This document shows, in pieces, positions 29,600 to 39,096 of a stretch of 64,000 bases of DNA. The notes under the pieces are model-generated. The model was not told the origin of the DNA. It ran no database searches and was given only the letters and a program-made list of their open reading frames with translations. The stretch is from Candidatus Poribacteria bacterium. Lineage in GTDB: Bacteria > Poribacteria > WGA-4E > UBA9662. Numbering within the stretch: the stretch's first letter is position 1; the number at the start of each line of letters is the position of its first letter. The translations under genes and the position numbers were made by a program. The stretch covers positions 53,978 to 117,977 of the forward strand of contig JAYGDX010000068.1 of NCBI GenBank assembly GCA_046582655.1, read 5' to 3'.

Positions 29600-30878
29600 C
29601 CTGTTGATCCAATCCTGCTAGTACGTCAAAGAAAGTGGGAAAAGTCTTATTAACACAACCTGGATTCTTAATTTTGATTCCGGGTTTTTTAATGCCGATT
29701 AATGAGAAACTCATCGCCATTCGGTGATCATTATAAGTGTCAATTTCGGCTGGTTGGATCTCTGATACTGGCTCAATTTCAATCGCGTCATCGTATTCGG
29801 TGACGCTGACACCGAGTTTTCGCAACTCGGTTACCACTGCGTGGATGCGGTCGGTTTCCTGCCAGCGGATATGTTCAATGTTTCGGATGGTTGTTTTTCC
29901 CTCAGCAAACGGGGCGATTGCTGCCAACGTAAGTGATGTATCCGAGATTTCGCTCATGTCTACATCAACACCTGTCAGTCTTTCTGTTCCAACAACTTCA
30001 ATTGCCCTGTTTTTTGAAATGACTTGGCACCCCATCTGTTGGAGAATATTAACAAAGTGTATGTCCCCCTGCACGGAATTAAGGCTTAAATTCTCCAGGC
30101 GAACCCTTCCACCAGTGACTGCCGCCAAGGCAAAAAAATAGGATGCATTCGATGCGTCCGGTTCGATCTGATAGTTCCGTGGTTTATAGGTCTGACTGCC
30201 ATAGACCTTAAATGAATGATAGTCTTCGTTGATAACGTCTGCTCCAAACGCGCGCATGACCGAAATGGTAATGTCGATATACGGTTTTGAAATCAGATTG
30301 CCTTCAAGCTCGATTTCTATGCCAAGTTGGGTAACTGGAGCAATCATCAACAACGAAGTTAGAAACTGGCTACTTTTGTTGGCGCTGAGACGGGTTTTTC
30401 CCCCTCTGAGTTTTTTGGCATCAACAATTAGGGGGAAGCGGTCATTATTCAACTCTGATCGAACTTCAACCCCAAGTTGTCTAAGAGCATCCAGTAAATC
30501 TCCGATTGGACGGCTCTCACGCATTGGTGGGTCTCCGTCAATACGAAATCTACCATTTCCCAAAGCAACGTAACTGACAAGCGGACGTGCGGCAGTTCCA
30601 GCGTTGCCGATGTATAGATCCGCCTGACTGACCGGAATATTACCACCGTTGCCTACCACCTCAAAAGTACAGTTTTCTGGATCTGCTAAAATTGATACGC
30701 CTAACTTTCGAAGCGAATCGACCATGCAATCCGTATCGTCGCTAAACAATGCACCAGACAAGTGTGATTTGCCATTTGCCAGCGACGCAATCAACAAAGT
30801 ACGGTTCGTATAACTCTTTGAACCAGGGACCTTTATAGTCACATCAATAGGGTTCTTAATTGGTTTAATCTCGACCAT
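29583..30878 (-). CDS. aroA: 3-phosphoshikimate 1-carboxyvinyltransferase (EPSP synthase)
   Basis: VPGSKSYTNRTLLIASLANG, LYIGNAGTAARPL, GDPPMRERP-like MRESRPI and DHRMAMSF. ATG 30878 is preferred; TTG 30893 and GTG 30887 are possible. Overlaps the moaE stop. Confidence 0.9.
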   Translation of the reverse strand: MVEIKPIKNPIDVTIKVPGSKSYTNRTLLIASLANGKSHLSGALFSDDTDCMVDSLRKLGVSILADPENCTFEVVGNGGNIPVSQADLYIGNAGTAARPLVSYVALGNGRFRIDGDPPMRESRPIGDLLDALRQLGVEVRSELNNDRFPLIVDAKKLRGGKTRLSANKSSQFLTSLLMIAPVTQLGIEIELEGNLISKPYIDITISVMRAFGADVINEDYHSFKVYGSQTYKPRNYQIEPDASNASYFFALAAVTGGRVRLENLSLNSVQGDIHFVNILQQMGCQVISKNRAIEVVGTERLTGVDVDMSEISDTSLTLAAIAPFAEGKTTIRNIEHIRWQETDRIHAVVTELRKLGVSVTEYDDAIEIEPVSEIQPAEIDTYNDHRMAMSFSLIGIKKPGIKIKNPGCVNKTFPTFFDVLAGLDQQATYEI

Positions 30879-31311
30879 GTTCTTCACTCTCAAAGTAAAT
30901 TGGATCAGGTTTTACCCATTCTTCTTCACCATCCAGCCAGACTTCACGTTTCCAGATTGGGACGATCTGTTTTAGCCGATCCATAGCGTACTTACAAGCT
31001 TCAAATCCATCTTTACGATGTGGGGATGCAACCGCCACGGCTACACTGACTTCACCTATTTCCAGACGACCGACACGGTGCAAAATGGCAACCTGTCCGA
31101 TTCCCCATTCCTCTCGGATCTCATCGGCAATATCAGCCATTTTCTTTTCTGCCATAGGGATATAGGCTTCATATTCAAGGTAAGCAGTCTGACGACCTCC
31201 CGTATTGTTCCGGACTGTTCCAAGAAAGGTAACAATCGCTCCGGCATCGTCGGCTTCGACAGATTGAATGACGTCGTCTGCAGTAATCGCTTGTTCAGTA
31301 ATCTTAAACAT
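30865..31311 (-). CDS. moaE: Molybdopterin synthase catalytic subunit
   Basis: GAIVTFLGTVRN, LEYEAY..MAEK, ILHRVGRLEIGE, VAVASPHR and PIWKRE are typical of MoaE. GGGAGGAAAGA RBS. Confidence 0.9.
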   Translation of the reverse strand: MFKITEQAITADDVIQSVEADDAGAIVTFLGTVRNNTGGRQTAYLEYEAYIPMAEKKMADIADEIREEWGIGQVAILHRVGRLEIGEVSVAVAVASPHRKDGFEACKYAMDRLKQIVPIWKREVWLDGEEEWVKPDPIYFESEEHGRD

Positions 31312-31436
31312 TCTTTCCTCCCAACATCTATGATCTTGCCTGATATGGAGATGAAATGTCGATAAACTCCATATCCATCAGCGGCTGATTTAACGCATAA
31401 TTTTCTGAAATATCAGACATTTTTCGCCCAGGTTGG

Positions 31437-31466
31437 TTGAGAATGCTACCTGCATTATGATAATAT
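31437..31466 (+). promoter_or_regulatory. Possible sigma70-type promoter for the SRAP gene
   Basis: TTGAGA (31437-31442), an 18-nt spacer containing TGn, then TAATAT (31461-31466). This is about 65 nt upstream of ATG 31531. Confidence 0.3.
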
Positions 31467-31530
31467 TTCTAGCATAAATAGTTTTACCTTCAACAATAAT
31501 CAGTTAATTCTCTTGAGGATTGTTATCAGA

Positions 31531-32199
31531 ATGTGTGGCCGTTTTACATTCGTTGCTGATCAGGCAACTTTAACCGAGACTTTCCCCCAATTCAAATTTT
31601 CCGGTTATTATTATGCCCCTCGGTATAATATCGCGCCGTCGCAGCCAGTTCCTGTTGTCGCCAACACAGGTGGTTCTGAAGTTGAGTGCTTTCATTGGGG
31701 ATTGATCCCGCATTGGGCCAAGGATCACAAAATTGGTTCCAAAATGATTAATGCCCGATCTGAAACTCTCGCGGAAAAACCTTCTTTCCGAATTCCTTAT
31801 CGACACCGGCGTTGTTTAATACTCACCGATGGCTTTTACGAGTGGAAGAAGAACGAAGACGGCAGCAAAACACCGATGTATATTCAAACGGCATCACGCA
31901 CACCTTTTGCCTTTGCTGGGTTGTGGGAAAACTGGACGCCACCCGGAGGCAATCCAATTCGATCTTGTACTATCATTACCACAAGCGCCAACGCATTCAT
32001 GTCGGAGGTTCACCATCGAATGCCGGTGATTCTTGATGTCGAGGATTTCGATCAGTGGCTTACACCTGAAGAAAAACCAGCAGACCAACTGCGGGGTCTG
32101 TTGAGACCATACGAATCGGGCAACTTGGTTGGGCATCAAGTGTCGCCATACGTCAATTCACCCAAAAACGATTCTTCTGACTGTATCCTGCCAATCTAG
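31531..32199 (+). CDS. SOS response-associated peptidase (SRAP/YedK family, abasic-site processing)
   Basis: The N-terminal MCGRF has the catalytic Cys2. YNIAPSQ, WGLIPHW and INARSETL are the canonical SRAP motifs. Confidence 0.9.
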   Translation: MCGRFTFVADQATLTETFPQFKFSGYYYAPRYNIAPSQPVPVVANTGGSEVECFHWGLIPHWAKDHKIGSKMINARSETLAEKPSFRIPYRHRRCLILTDGFYEWKKNEDGSKTPMYIQTASRTPFAFAGLWENWTPPGGNPIRSCTIITTSANAFMSEVHHRMPVILDVEDFDQWLTPEEKPADQLRGLLRPYESGNLVGHQVSPYVNSPKNDSSDCILPI

Positions 32200-32200
32200 C

Positions 32201-33934
32201 TCAATTTTTATATTGCGACCGATCCACGTTACCACCATACTTCATGGTATAAAAGAGCAGGTTTGTCATGAACCGGTGCACATCTGCCGACCGACGCATA
32301 CGTAACATTGTTCGACTGCTGATCTCTGCCGTTTCCATGGCACACATATAGTCTTTCCGATTATAAACCACAGCCAACCGACGTCCAATTGTAATTCCTT
32401 TATGAAACCTGAATTTTGAGGCCCTCGGTTTATTTTCACTTCCCCAGTAGACATCCCCACCGTTAGGTGGCACTGAAAGCTCATAGTATACTTTATAAAT
32501 TTCGTGGTTGTATTGTATGTGCTTGAGCGGATATTCGGGTAGAATCTGACTGAGTTCGAACTCGACCTGTCTGGCAAAAAGACCGTTAAAACCGCAATCA
32601 TCAAAGTAAAGCATTCCGCCGCGTTCAACCAGATACTCGCGTAAAGCGGCTCGTTCTTCCGAACTGAATCCATCTGTTAAGGGGCCACCCTTTACCATGT
32701 TACGCCCAACTGTGATATCCTTGTCATGCCCCGTCATGAAAATAATGGGCGCATCCAATATTTTTCTGTCCGTTAACGGTAAGGCCCCTCCTTCGAACTT
32801 CATATCCGCTTTCAACAGGGTATGATCACCTAGCCAGGTCATAAAACTTGGAATCGCGGTTGGATCCTGCCACCAATCAGACAGAGAATGCTTGAGGCGG
32901 ATTAGTCGAATATGACCCTGAACGTCCTTCCCTTGACCAACGATGATAGCACCAAGTTGGTTGTCTGGTACTCTAATCAGATCCTGAAATTTTGATGACG
33001 ACAGATCAGCAGAATCGGTTGCTCCTGTTGTCTCAATAATGGATGAAATCCCTTTTGAGTCTTTTCGCCCTTGGCTTTGGGCGCGAAACCGTCCAGTTTC
33101 TATTCCTGACCCACTTTTAACTTTAGTTGGAGATCCACTTGACCGCTTCAGTACATACTCCCTCGGGTTTGCCGGCAGTTTTGCCGTAGTTGACATTGGA
33201 TCTGGAATCCTGTTAGGCAGTTCTGGGTTGCGAGAAAAATTTCGGTGTATTGGTGCCGTGGATAATTTAGCTGTTTCCGCAACTTGAGTTGGAGCGGTAA
33301 TCTGCACTTGGGGTTGTGGAGCCTTGCGCAATGATGGTTTAAGCGTAACCCGTCGTTGGACACGGTTCACAATTGGTTTTTTAATCTTGCGAATAGTTGG
33401 AAGTGGTACGTTTACCATCTCAATAGAAATGGATTCGGTCGGTAACTTTGTTGTTATTGTCAGTGCAATATAAATAACAAAAATAGCGTGGACAATGAAC
33501 GAAATCGTGAACGCGGGTGAGGTTCTTTTCCAATTCCTCTTATTTAACCAATTTGTTGGTAAGATGAAAGCAGAAGATTGCTGATCAATGGCGCTGAAAG
33601 TGTGAACTTGGTTGCCACAAGTGACTTGGATCTGGTTATTTGCCGTAGATTCAATTCCAATGCTCTCGGAGTCTGATTGACGGATAATGTCACTAAACCA
33701 GAGGATGGGGATTTTGGACGATCCGGAAGAGACAATTTCAGCGTCTGCAAGAATTTTCATATCAGCTAGAATGTTTCTAGCTGATATTTCAACCCTATTG
33801 TTTTCCAGTGTACGGAAATCGACATGTGACAACTGGTTCAATCGATTGTGAGCACCTGCCTTTGATTGCAGGCCTTGAATAGCCTTAAGTAATTCAGAGG
33901 AATCAGCACGGAACTGCACAGTTATTTTCACCAC
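32201..33934 (-). CDS. Membrane protein: N-terminal sliding-clamp-like domain, one TM segment, Pro/Ser-rich linker, C-terminal DUF4159 domain
   Basis: GTG start. Residues 1-125 resemble one DnaN domain by eye. The TM segment is FTISFIVHAIFVIYIALTI. The C-terminus (APIIFMTGH, EERAALREYLVERGGMLYFDDCG, LPEYPLKHIQYNHEIY) matches the DUF4159 pattern. Confidence 0.65.
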   Translation of the reverse strand: MVKITVQFRADSSELLKAIQGLQSKAGAHNRLNQLSHVDFRTLENNRVEISARNILADMKILADAEIVSSGSSKIPILWFSDIIRQSDSESIGIESTANNQIQVTCGNQVHTFSAIDQQSSAFILPTNWLNKRNWKRTSPAFTISFIVHAIFVIYIALTITTKLPTESISIEMVNVPLPTIRKIKKPIVNRVQRRVTLKPSLRKAPQPQVQITAPTQVAETAKLSTAPIHRNFSRNPELPNRIPDPMSTTAKLPANPREYVLKRSSGSPTKVKSGSGIETGRFRAQSQGRKDSKGISSIIETTGATDSADLSSSKFQDLIRVPDNQLGAIIVGQGKDVQGHIRLIRLKHSLSDWWQDPTAIPSFMTWLGDHTLLKADMKFEGGALPLTDRKILDAPIIFMTGHDKDITVGRNMVKGGPLTDGFSSEERAALREYLVERGGMLYFDDCGFNGLFARQVEFELSQILPEYPLKHIQYNHEIYKVYYELSVPPNGGDVYWGSENKPRASKFRFHKGITIGRRLAVVYNRKDYMCAMETAEISSRTMLRMRRSADVHRFMTNLLFYTMKYGGNVDRSQYKN

Positions 33935-34511
33935 CCTTTTGTTAAAATTGATTATAGATGAGGATTATGCTGGTCGTTCGTTTAATCGTTAATCTTGAAG
34001 AATGCATGGGAAGATAAAAGCATATTTCGGTAATATTGGACGAAACCCTATCAACTTGACTAGACATTAATCCTGCTATTCCCCAAAAAATTAGATTGAA
34101 TCAGTGGAACTTCTGCAGTTTTCAGACTGGCTAAGTGGTTCTTTTGTTCGAGGATTCTTTTTCTCTATATTCTACCAGCTAGTGACCTCTTCAGTGTCCT
34201 TGAATTCTCAATTTATTTAAAGAAAATAACTTCCGCCTGCGTAGCTAGCGTTTTCTAATGACCACATCCTCTCGAATTCACCTTGTGAGTCTTGCTTCGA
34301 TGAAAATGGGATACTACTTACGGTTAGGTAAGCCCCCAAAGCGAATTATAGGTTCGCTGTCGCTGATCTTATGATTATATGGATTCGGCATAATCGTAAC
34401 ACAAAATCGTTGAATCCTCCAATCAAATCATACGTTGTTTTAATTGTTGTACTGTTTGGCCTATGCTAAAATAATATCAAGTATAATAACTAAAGAATAT
34501 TGTCGTTATAT

Positions 34512-34976
34512 ATGCCTATTACATTAGAATCAATTCGATTAACAGAAGGCGATCTACAGGATTATCGGCCTTATTTTTCTTCTGCACAGGAGATTTACTC
34601 ACCCACGTCGCCGAAAGACCCCGCTTGCCTGATTGGATGGCGTGATCGGTGGTGGTTGCACGGCAAACCGGGGCAGAATCTTGCTATTAACTATTGGCTG
34701 TTTGAATCCGAGGAGGACGCTAGAACTGCTGTGGAAGAGGGCAGAACGCGTCTTTCCAGTAGAAGTGTGATGATAAATGGAAAACGTGAACCGATTTACC
34801 AGCCATTCGCGGATCCGACAAAAATCTTTAATGGATTGGTGTGGCAAGCCGATCATAATTTCCTTTTTAGCACTCACGACATTGCTGTGTTGGTAATGGA
34901 GTCCGGCAAACAAGTGCCTGTTGAAACAACCTTATCGATCGCTAAGAAAGTTCTCGAAAAGATAGTAAGTCGCTGA
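34512..34976 (+). CDS. Hypothetical protein
   Basis: 154-aa ORF from ATG 34512 (TTG 34500 is an alternative), same strand as and 42 nt upstream of the vWA gene. No motif recognised. Confidence 0.4.
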   Translation: MPITLESIRLTEGDLQDYRPYFSSAQEIYSPTSPKDPACLIGWRDRWWLHGKPGQNLAINYWLFESEEDARTAVEEGRTRLSSRSVMINGKREPIYQPFADPTKIFNGLVWQADHNFLFSTHDIAVLVMESGKQVPVETTLSIAKKVLEKIVSR

Positions 34977-35018
34977 TAAATTCATACTAATTAATAATGA
35001 AAAACTGAAGATCATGAA

Positions 35019-37289
35019 ATGAAGCGTGTCCATTCATGTCCCCATCGTATTTCAATTGCTATCCGATTTCTCCTCCCATTCTTTTGCATATTTCTCCTAG
35101 TTTCCTCTTTTGGCACTCTATGCTTTGGTAACTCAGAATTTCAAAGTATTGTTCTCCTGATTGATAACTCCAGAAGTATGGATATGACAGACACACATAA
35201 ATGGAGATGGACGTCAGCCAAAGTTTTGATCAATCGCCTTCAAATCGATCAATGGGTCTGCGTGATCGGATTTACCGATTCCGTGATATTGGTCATTGAG
35301 CCGACGCGAATCGACGGCGACATAGAGCAGAAGGCTAACTTGGAACGTAAGTTAGCCGTACCCATCAATGAGGTGGAGAAAAAAGGTAGTACTATCGGGC
35401 AAGCTTTATTTCGGGCAGAAAAGGCACTCCAAAGTATGCCATCGATCGAATCTCAGGTACTGATTTTAATGACTGATAGTAAAGCAGGATTTACCAAGAA
35501 GCAGTGGAACCGGTTCTTAAAAAACAGTTTTAATCGTAAAAGCTATTTTCTAATGAATCTCCAGGACAAATCAATCTCCGTTTCCAATGGTCAGAAACGA
35601 CCTCATAATAATCTGCTTACTGCGTTTTTGTATGTCATGAATGATATGGATGAATATCAATTGTATGAGCAGAAGCAAATTCCATCAAAGCTGCATATCT
35701 TTCTTCATGATCCCGAAATAGAGAGTTTAGAGCTTCAGTTTACATCATCCCAAAAACGCAAATCTGATATTGAAATCAAAGACTCGCAAGGAAATTATAT
35801 CTTTCCCTATTTTGAAACCAGCCATTGCACATCTTATTGGATTCCCCAACCTGCTCTCGGACGTTGGCAGGTTTCTGTTGATAATGATAATCAGGTCGAG
35901 TTGTTGGCCTTCAAGAGGAAACAGCCAGATACGTCCATAGGCCGGCTTGAATTTGGTCCACTGCCTCCTACCTATGAACCCGGCCGCCAAATAGGCCTTC
36001 AGATTCGATTAGTGGGAGGTACGTATTCATCTAGTCAAATTGGTGGTAAAGTGATCTCGCGGGAGGTAGAGGAAAAAATAATTTTTGATCAAACTGCTGA
36101 TCAATCTCTATATCAAGCGAAATACGTACCCAAAGAAGAGGGGAAGCACAAATTTATTATTGATCCAAGTCTAGAATATATTGTTAATCCGCCAATCCGA
36201 ACGGTTGAACTTAGGATGTATCAATTTCCAGTCTGGCTTACAGTCGCAGCCATATCAGGTGTTATTGGCGTTGGAGCAATGGTACTTTTTCTCTTTATCT
36301 TTTTTCGGAGAAGATCAACTCGTAATGGGGTCGAAGACGATGAGATAGAGGACGAAATCGAAGTTGATCGGCGTGCAGAAATTGCGCAGTTACATAATAT
36401 CATTGTAAAGCAGAAGGAATCAGGTTCTTTCTATCAGCAGGAAGAGCAACCAGAATCCATCCCCGACACAGCAGAAGTGGAACAACAACAGGATACAGAA
36501 GATCCAAATATACAGAGTATTGAACAAATACCGACAATTCAAGATCAAGATGAATTGGCCATCCTACCGGTCGAATCCGAGGATGTAGGTCAAGCTGATG
36601 GCGATCTGAATCAGGAACTCAGCCCGGCATCGGAATTAGAATCACTACAGCTCGAAGATTTTAATAACACGACCAAGGCAAAGGTAGAAGAAACTAAACT
36701 AGGTACTGATGAGATTTCTTCCGGTTTTGATCCTGACACCAAAGTTTCCGAAGAGATAGAAGAGATAAAGGATGTTGCAGATTCCAATCAAGATGATGTT
36801 TCACCAAAGCAGAAAACAACAACTGGGGAAGAGCAGGATAAGGACAACGCTGAACCGGATGTTGCCGAAGATTCCGGTAGTGATTTAGTGTCTGAAGATG
36901 AGGCATTGGATACTGCAAGCGAAGTGGATTCTGCTAGTGATGTAACTTCACAGGATCGGGAAATAATTGAAGCGGAGGATGATAATACTGCTGATCCAGT
37001 AGAAGCTGAAATCACAAAGCAGCAGGTGGATGGTTTAGAGCAGCAACCGGAGGGTGAAGGGATAGATTGGTATATCGGAAAATTTCTATCGGATGTCCAA
37101 AATATAATTGCTGATGATAGCACGGAAACAAATGGTGTTGCTGCGGAAACAGTTAGTGCAGTGTCTGGAGAAGAGGATTTGATTCAAGGTGTTGATGAAA
37201 CAGAATTGGAAGAATTCAACCAGGGAAGCGATGTAGATCAACATATCGATAAAATTCTATCTGAGATCGAGGTATTGAGTAGGGAATAA
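35019..37289 (+). CDS. von Willebrand factor A domain membrane protein with a long acidic, low-complexity C-terminal tail
   Basis: N-terminal signal/anchor. MIDAS-like LLIDNSRSMD. A second TM segment is VWLTVAAISGVIGVGAMVLFLFIFF. About 330 residues rich in D/E/Q/S/T follow. Confidence 0.7.
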   Translation: MKRVHSCPHRISIAIRFLLPFFCIFLLVSSFGTLCFGNSEFQSIVLLIDNSRSMDMTDTHKWRWTSAKVLINRLQIDQWVCVIGFTDSVILVIEPTRIDGDIEQKANLERKLAVPINEVEKKGSTIGQALFRAEKALQSMPSIESQVLILMTDSKAGFTKKQWNRFLKNSFNRKSYFLMNLQDKSISVSNGQKRPHNNLLTAFLYVMNDMDEYQLYEQKQIPSKLHIFLHDPEIESLELQFTSSQKRKSDIEIKDSQGNYIFPYFETSHCTSYWIPQPALGRWQVSVDNDNQVELLAFKRKQPDTSIGRLEFGPLPPTYEPGRQIGLQIRLVGGTYSSSQIGGKVISREVEEKIIFDQTADQSLYQAKYVPKEEGKHKFIIDPSLEYIVNPPIRTVELRMYQFPVWLTVAAISGVIGVGAMVLFLFIFFRRRSTRNGVEDDEIEDEIEVDRRAEIAQLHNIIVKQKESGSFYQQEEQPESIPDTAEVEQQQDTEDPNIQSIEQIPTIQDQDELAILPVESEDVGQADGDLNQELSPASELESLQLEDFNNTTKAKVEETKLGTDEISSGFDPDTKVSEEIEEIKDVADSNQDDVSPKQKTTTGEEQDKDNAEPDVAEDSGSDLVSEDEALDTASEVDSASDVTSQDREIIEAEDDNTADPVEAEITKQQVDGLEQQPEGEGIDWYIGKFLSDVQNIIADDSTETNGVAAETVSAVSGEEDLIQGVDETELEEFNQGSDVDQHIDKILSEIEVLSRE

Positions 37290-37302
37290 TTACTGTCTAA
37301 AC

Positions 37303-38256
37303 TCAGAAGTTAGACAGTAGCGAAAATCGATGAACTGCGCCAAACTTGCCCAAGGAACCTAAGGCGTAATCAAGTCCAAAATCACCGATAGTAATACCGA
37401 AGCCAGTGGTAATACCAGATGCTGCGCCGAGATCATTGCCACCGAGTTCGTATTTGTACCCTGTTCGTAGATGAAGTCGCTGGAGAACGGTAAGGGAGAC
37501 CCCCAAACCGAATGTTAAATCGTTGTCTGATGGTCGGTTTATATCGGCAGTGATTGCCAATTTATCTCCAGGCACATGATAAGCTAATCCAAATTTAATG
37601 TTCACGGGCAAACTGAACGCTTCTTCCGAATCCTCAACAAACTTGGCTTTTGTACCAAGATTCTGGATGTTGAGACCAATGGCGAGATTCTTACCTGGGA
37701 TGGTATGTAAAACACCTATATCCGAGGCAATGGCCTGTGCACCTATATCCTCAATAATTTTCTCACTCACCCATTTAAGGTTAAGGCCAAGTGCAGTATT
37801 TCCGAATTCTTGGCTATAGGACAACAGCATTGCCAGATCCCGAGGTCGAAACTCCTCTGTTTCTTTGCCATTTGCGTCCCGACCCGTAATTGTTCCGTAT
37901 GAGAGGTAAATAATGCTTGTGCTGATGACGCCTCTGCCAACTGGCTGCGCAACCCCGATAAATTGGTGGCTGATCCCTTCAAACCAGTTATTGTGCATAG
38001 CAGCAAACTGGGTGCGCTTCACACTGGAAAGCCCCGCGGGATTCCAATAGACTGCATACATATCGTGTGCCAGTGCAACTTGTGACTCACCCATGCTAAT
38101 TCCTTTCGCACCGACCCCGATTTTCAGAAATGGCATAGCACGCGTTCCTGCATTTTCATGGATGTTTTGGCTATTAACAGCCACTGTAAAAAAATTGATT
38201 AGGCATACTGTTGACAATAAGAATAGCTTTCGAAATGACAGTAGAATTTTCTCCAT
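37303..38256 (-). CDS. PorV/PorQ-like outer-membrane beta-barrel protein
   Basis: ATG 38256 overlaps the TPR stop (TAATG). Signal peptide. AMPFLKIGVGAKGISMGESQVALAHDMYAVYWNPAGL matches the PorV/PorQ-family N-terminal signature. The sequence shows an alternating beta-strand pattern and ends in F. Confidence 0.65.
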   Translation of the reverse strand: MEKILLSFRKLFLLSTVCLINFFTVAVNSQNIHENAGTRAMPFLKIGVGAKGISMGESQVALAHDMYAVYWNPAGLSSVKRTQFAAMHNNWFEGISHQFIGVAQPVGRGVISTSIIYLSYGTITGRDANGKETEEFRPRDLAMLLSYSQEFGNTALGLNLKWVSEKIIEDIGAQAIASDIGVLHTIPGKNLAIGLNIQNLGTKAKFVEDSEEAFSLPVNIKFGLAYHVPGDKLAITADINRPSDNDLTFGLGVSLTVLQRLHLRTGYKYELGGNDLGAASGITTGFGITIGDFGLDYALGSLGKFGAVHRFSLLSNF

Positions 38257-39002
38257 TATTCTTGTTGGCTTTTCTGAAACCAATTCCATTTACTCGACTT
38301 TTTTTCCTTTGGTACCAATGTGTCAGGAATTTCGTTGATCCAGACTTCGGCAAGCTTGCTCAACGAAGATTGTGGTGAAAGCTCTACTACTTTTAGATAG
38401 TCCAAACGTGCAAGATCAAGTTTGTTCTGTAGACGATACGTATTTGCTCGATTGTAGTAGTTAGATGCTTTTTCCGGACGTTTCTCAATGGCAACCGCCA
38501 AATCTGCAGAAGCGGCCCTATATTGTCGTAGCTGTAGATAGTTTCTTGATCTTGCTTCATAGGATGTACCAGTTTCTGGGGAAATCTCGATAGCAGTTGT
38601 TAAATCATCTATCGCTTTTCTATAGACTGAGAGCTCTTCATAGATTTCAGCTCGCTTAATGTATGATTTCGCATGTGTCGAATCAGCCTTGATGGTATAA
38701 CTAAGGTCTGTAATTGCCTGACGAAGGTCACCCGACGATTCCATCAATTTCACGCTAAGCAGGTAATGGATGCCCGGATCAACGGACTTCATAATTGAAG
38801 GCACAGTGTGGAGACCGATTATAATAGCCCGATTCCAACTATCAATAACATCTCGGTATTCACTGAGTTTCTGTTTCTCCCCTTTGGCCAGTTTTGCTCG
38901 GTCGAGATGCGCATATCCGCGTCCGACATAACCCAGTGCAGATTCAATTATATCAACTGGCGCTGGGTTATCGAGGTTCTTGATTAAGTCTAAGCTGGCC
39001 AT
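38256..39002 (-). CDS. Tetratricopeptide repeat protein
   Basis: Several 34-residue units (AKSYIKRAEIYEELSVYRKAIDDLTTAIEISP, GTSYEARSRNYLQLRQYRAASADLAVAIEKRP, ASNYYNRANTYRLQNKLDLARLDYLKVVELSP). Confidence 0.75.
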   Translation of the reverse strand: MASLDLIKNLDNPAPVDIIESALGYVGRGYAHLDRAKLAKGEKQKLSEYRDVIDSWNRAIIIGLHTVPSIMKSVDPGIHYLLSVKLMESSGDLRQAITDLSYTIKADSTHAKSYIKRAEIYEELSVYRKAIDDLTTAIEISPETGTSYEARSRNYLQLRQYRAASADLAVAIEKRPEKASNYYNRANTYRLQNKLDLARLDYLKVVELSPQSSLSKLAEVWINEIPDTLVPKEKKSSKWNWFQKSQQE

Positions 39003-39096
39003 TGGATCCAGACTACACTTTGAACTGTAGTACGTTGGTGACCAATTCTACAATAGGTTGAATGAAAGCGTCAAGATTTTTGTTTTGGGGAAGTTG

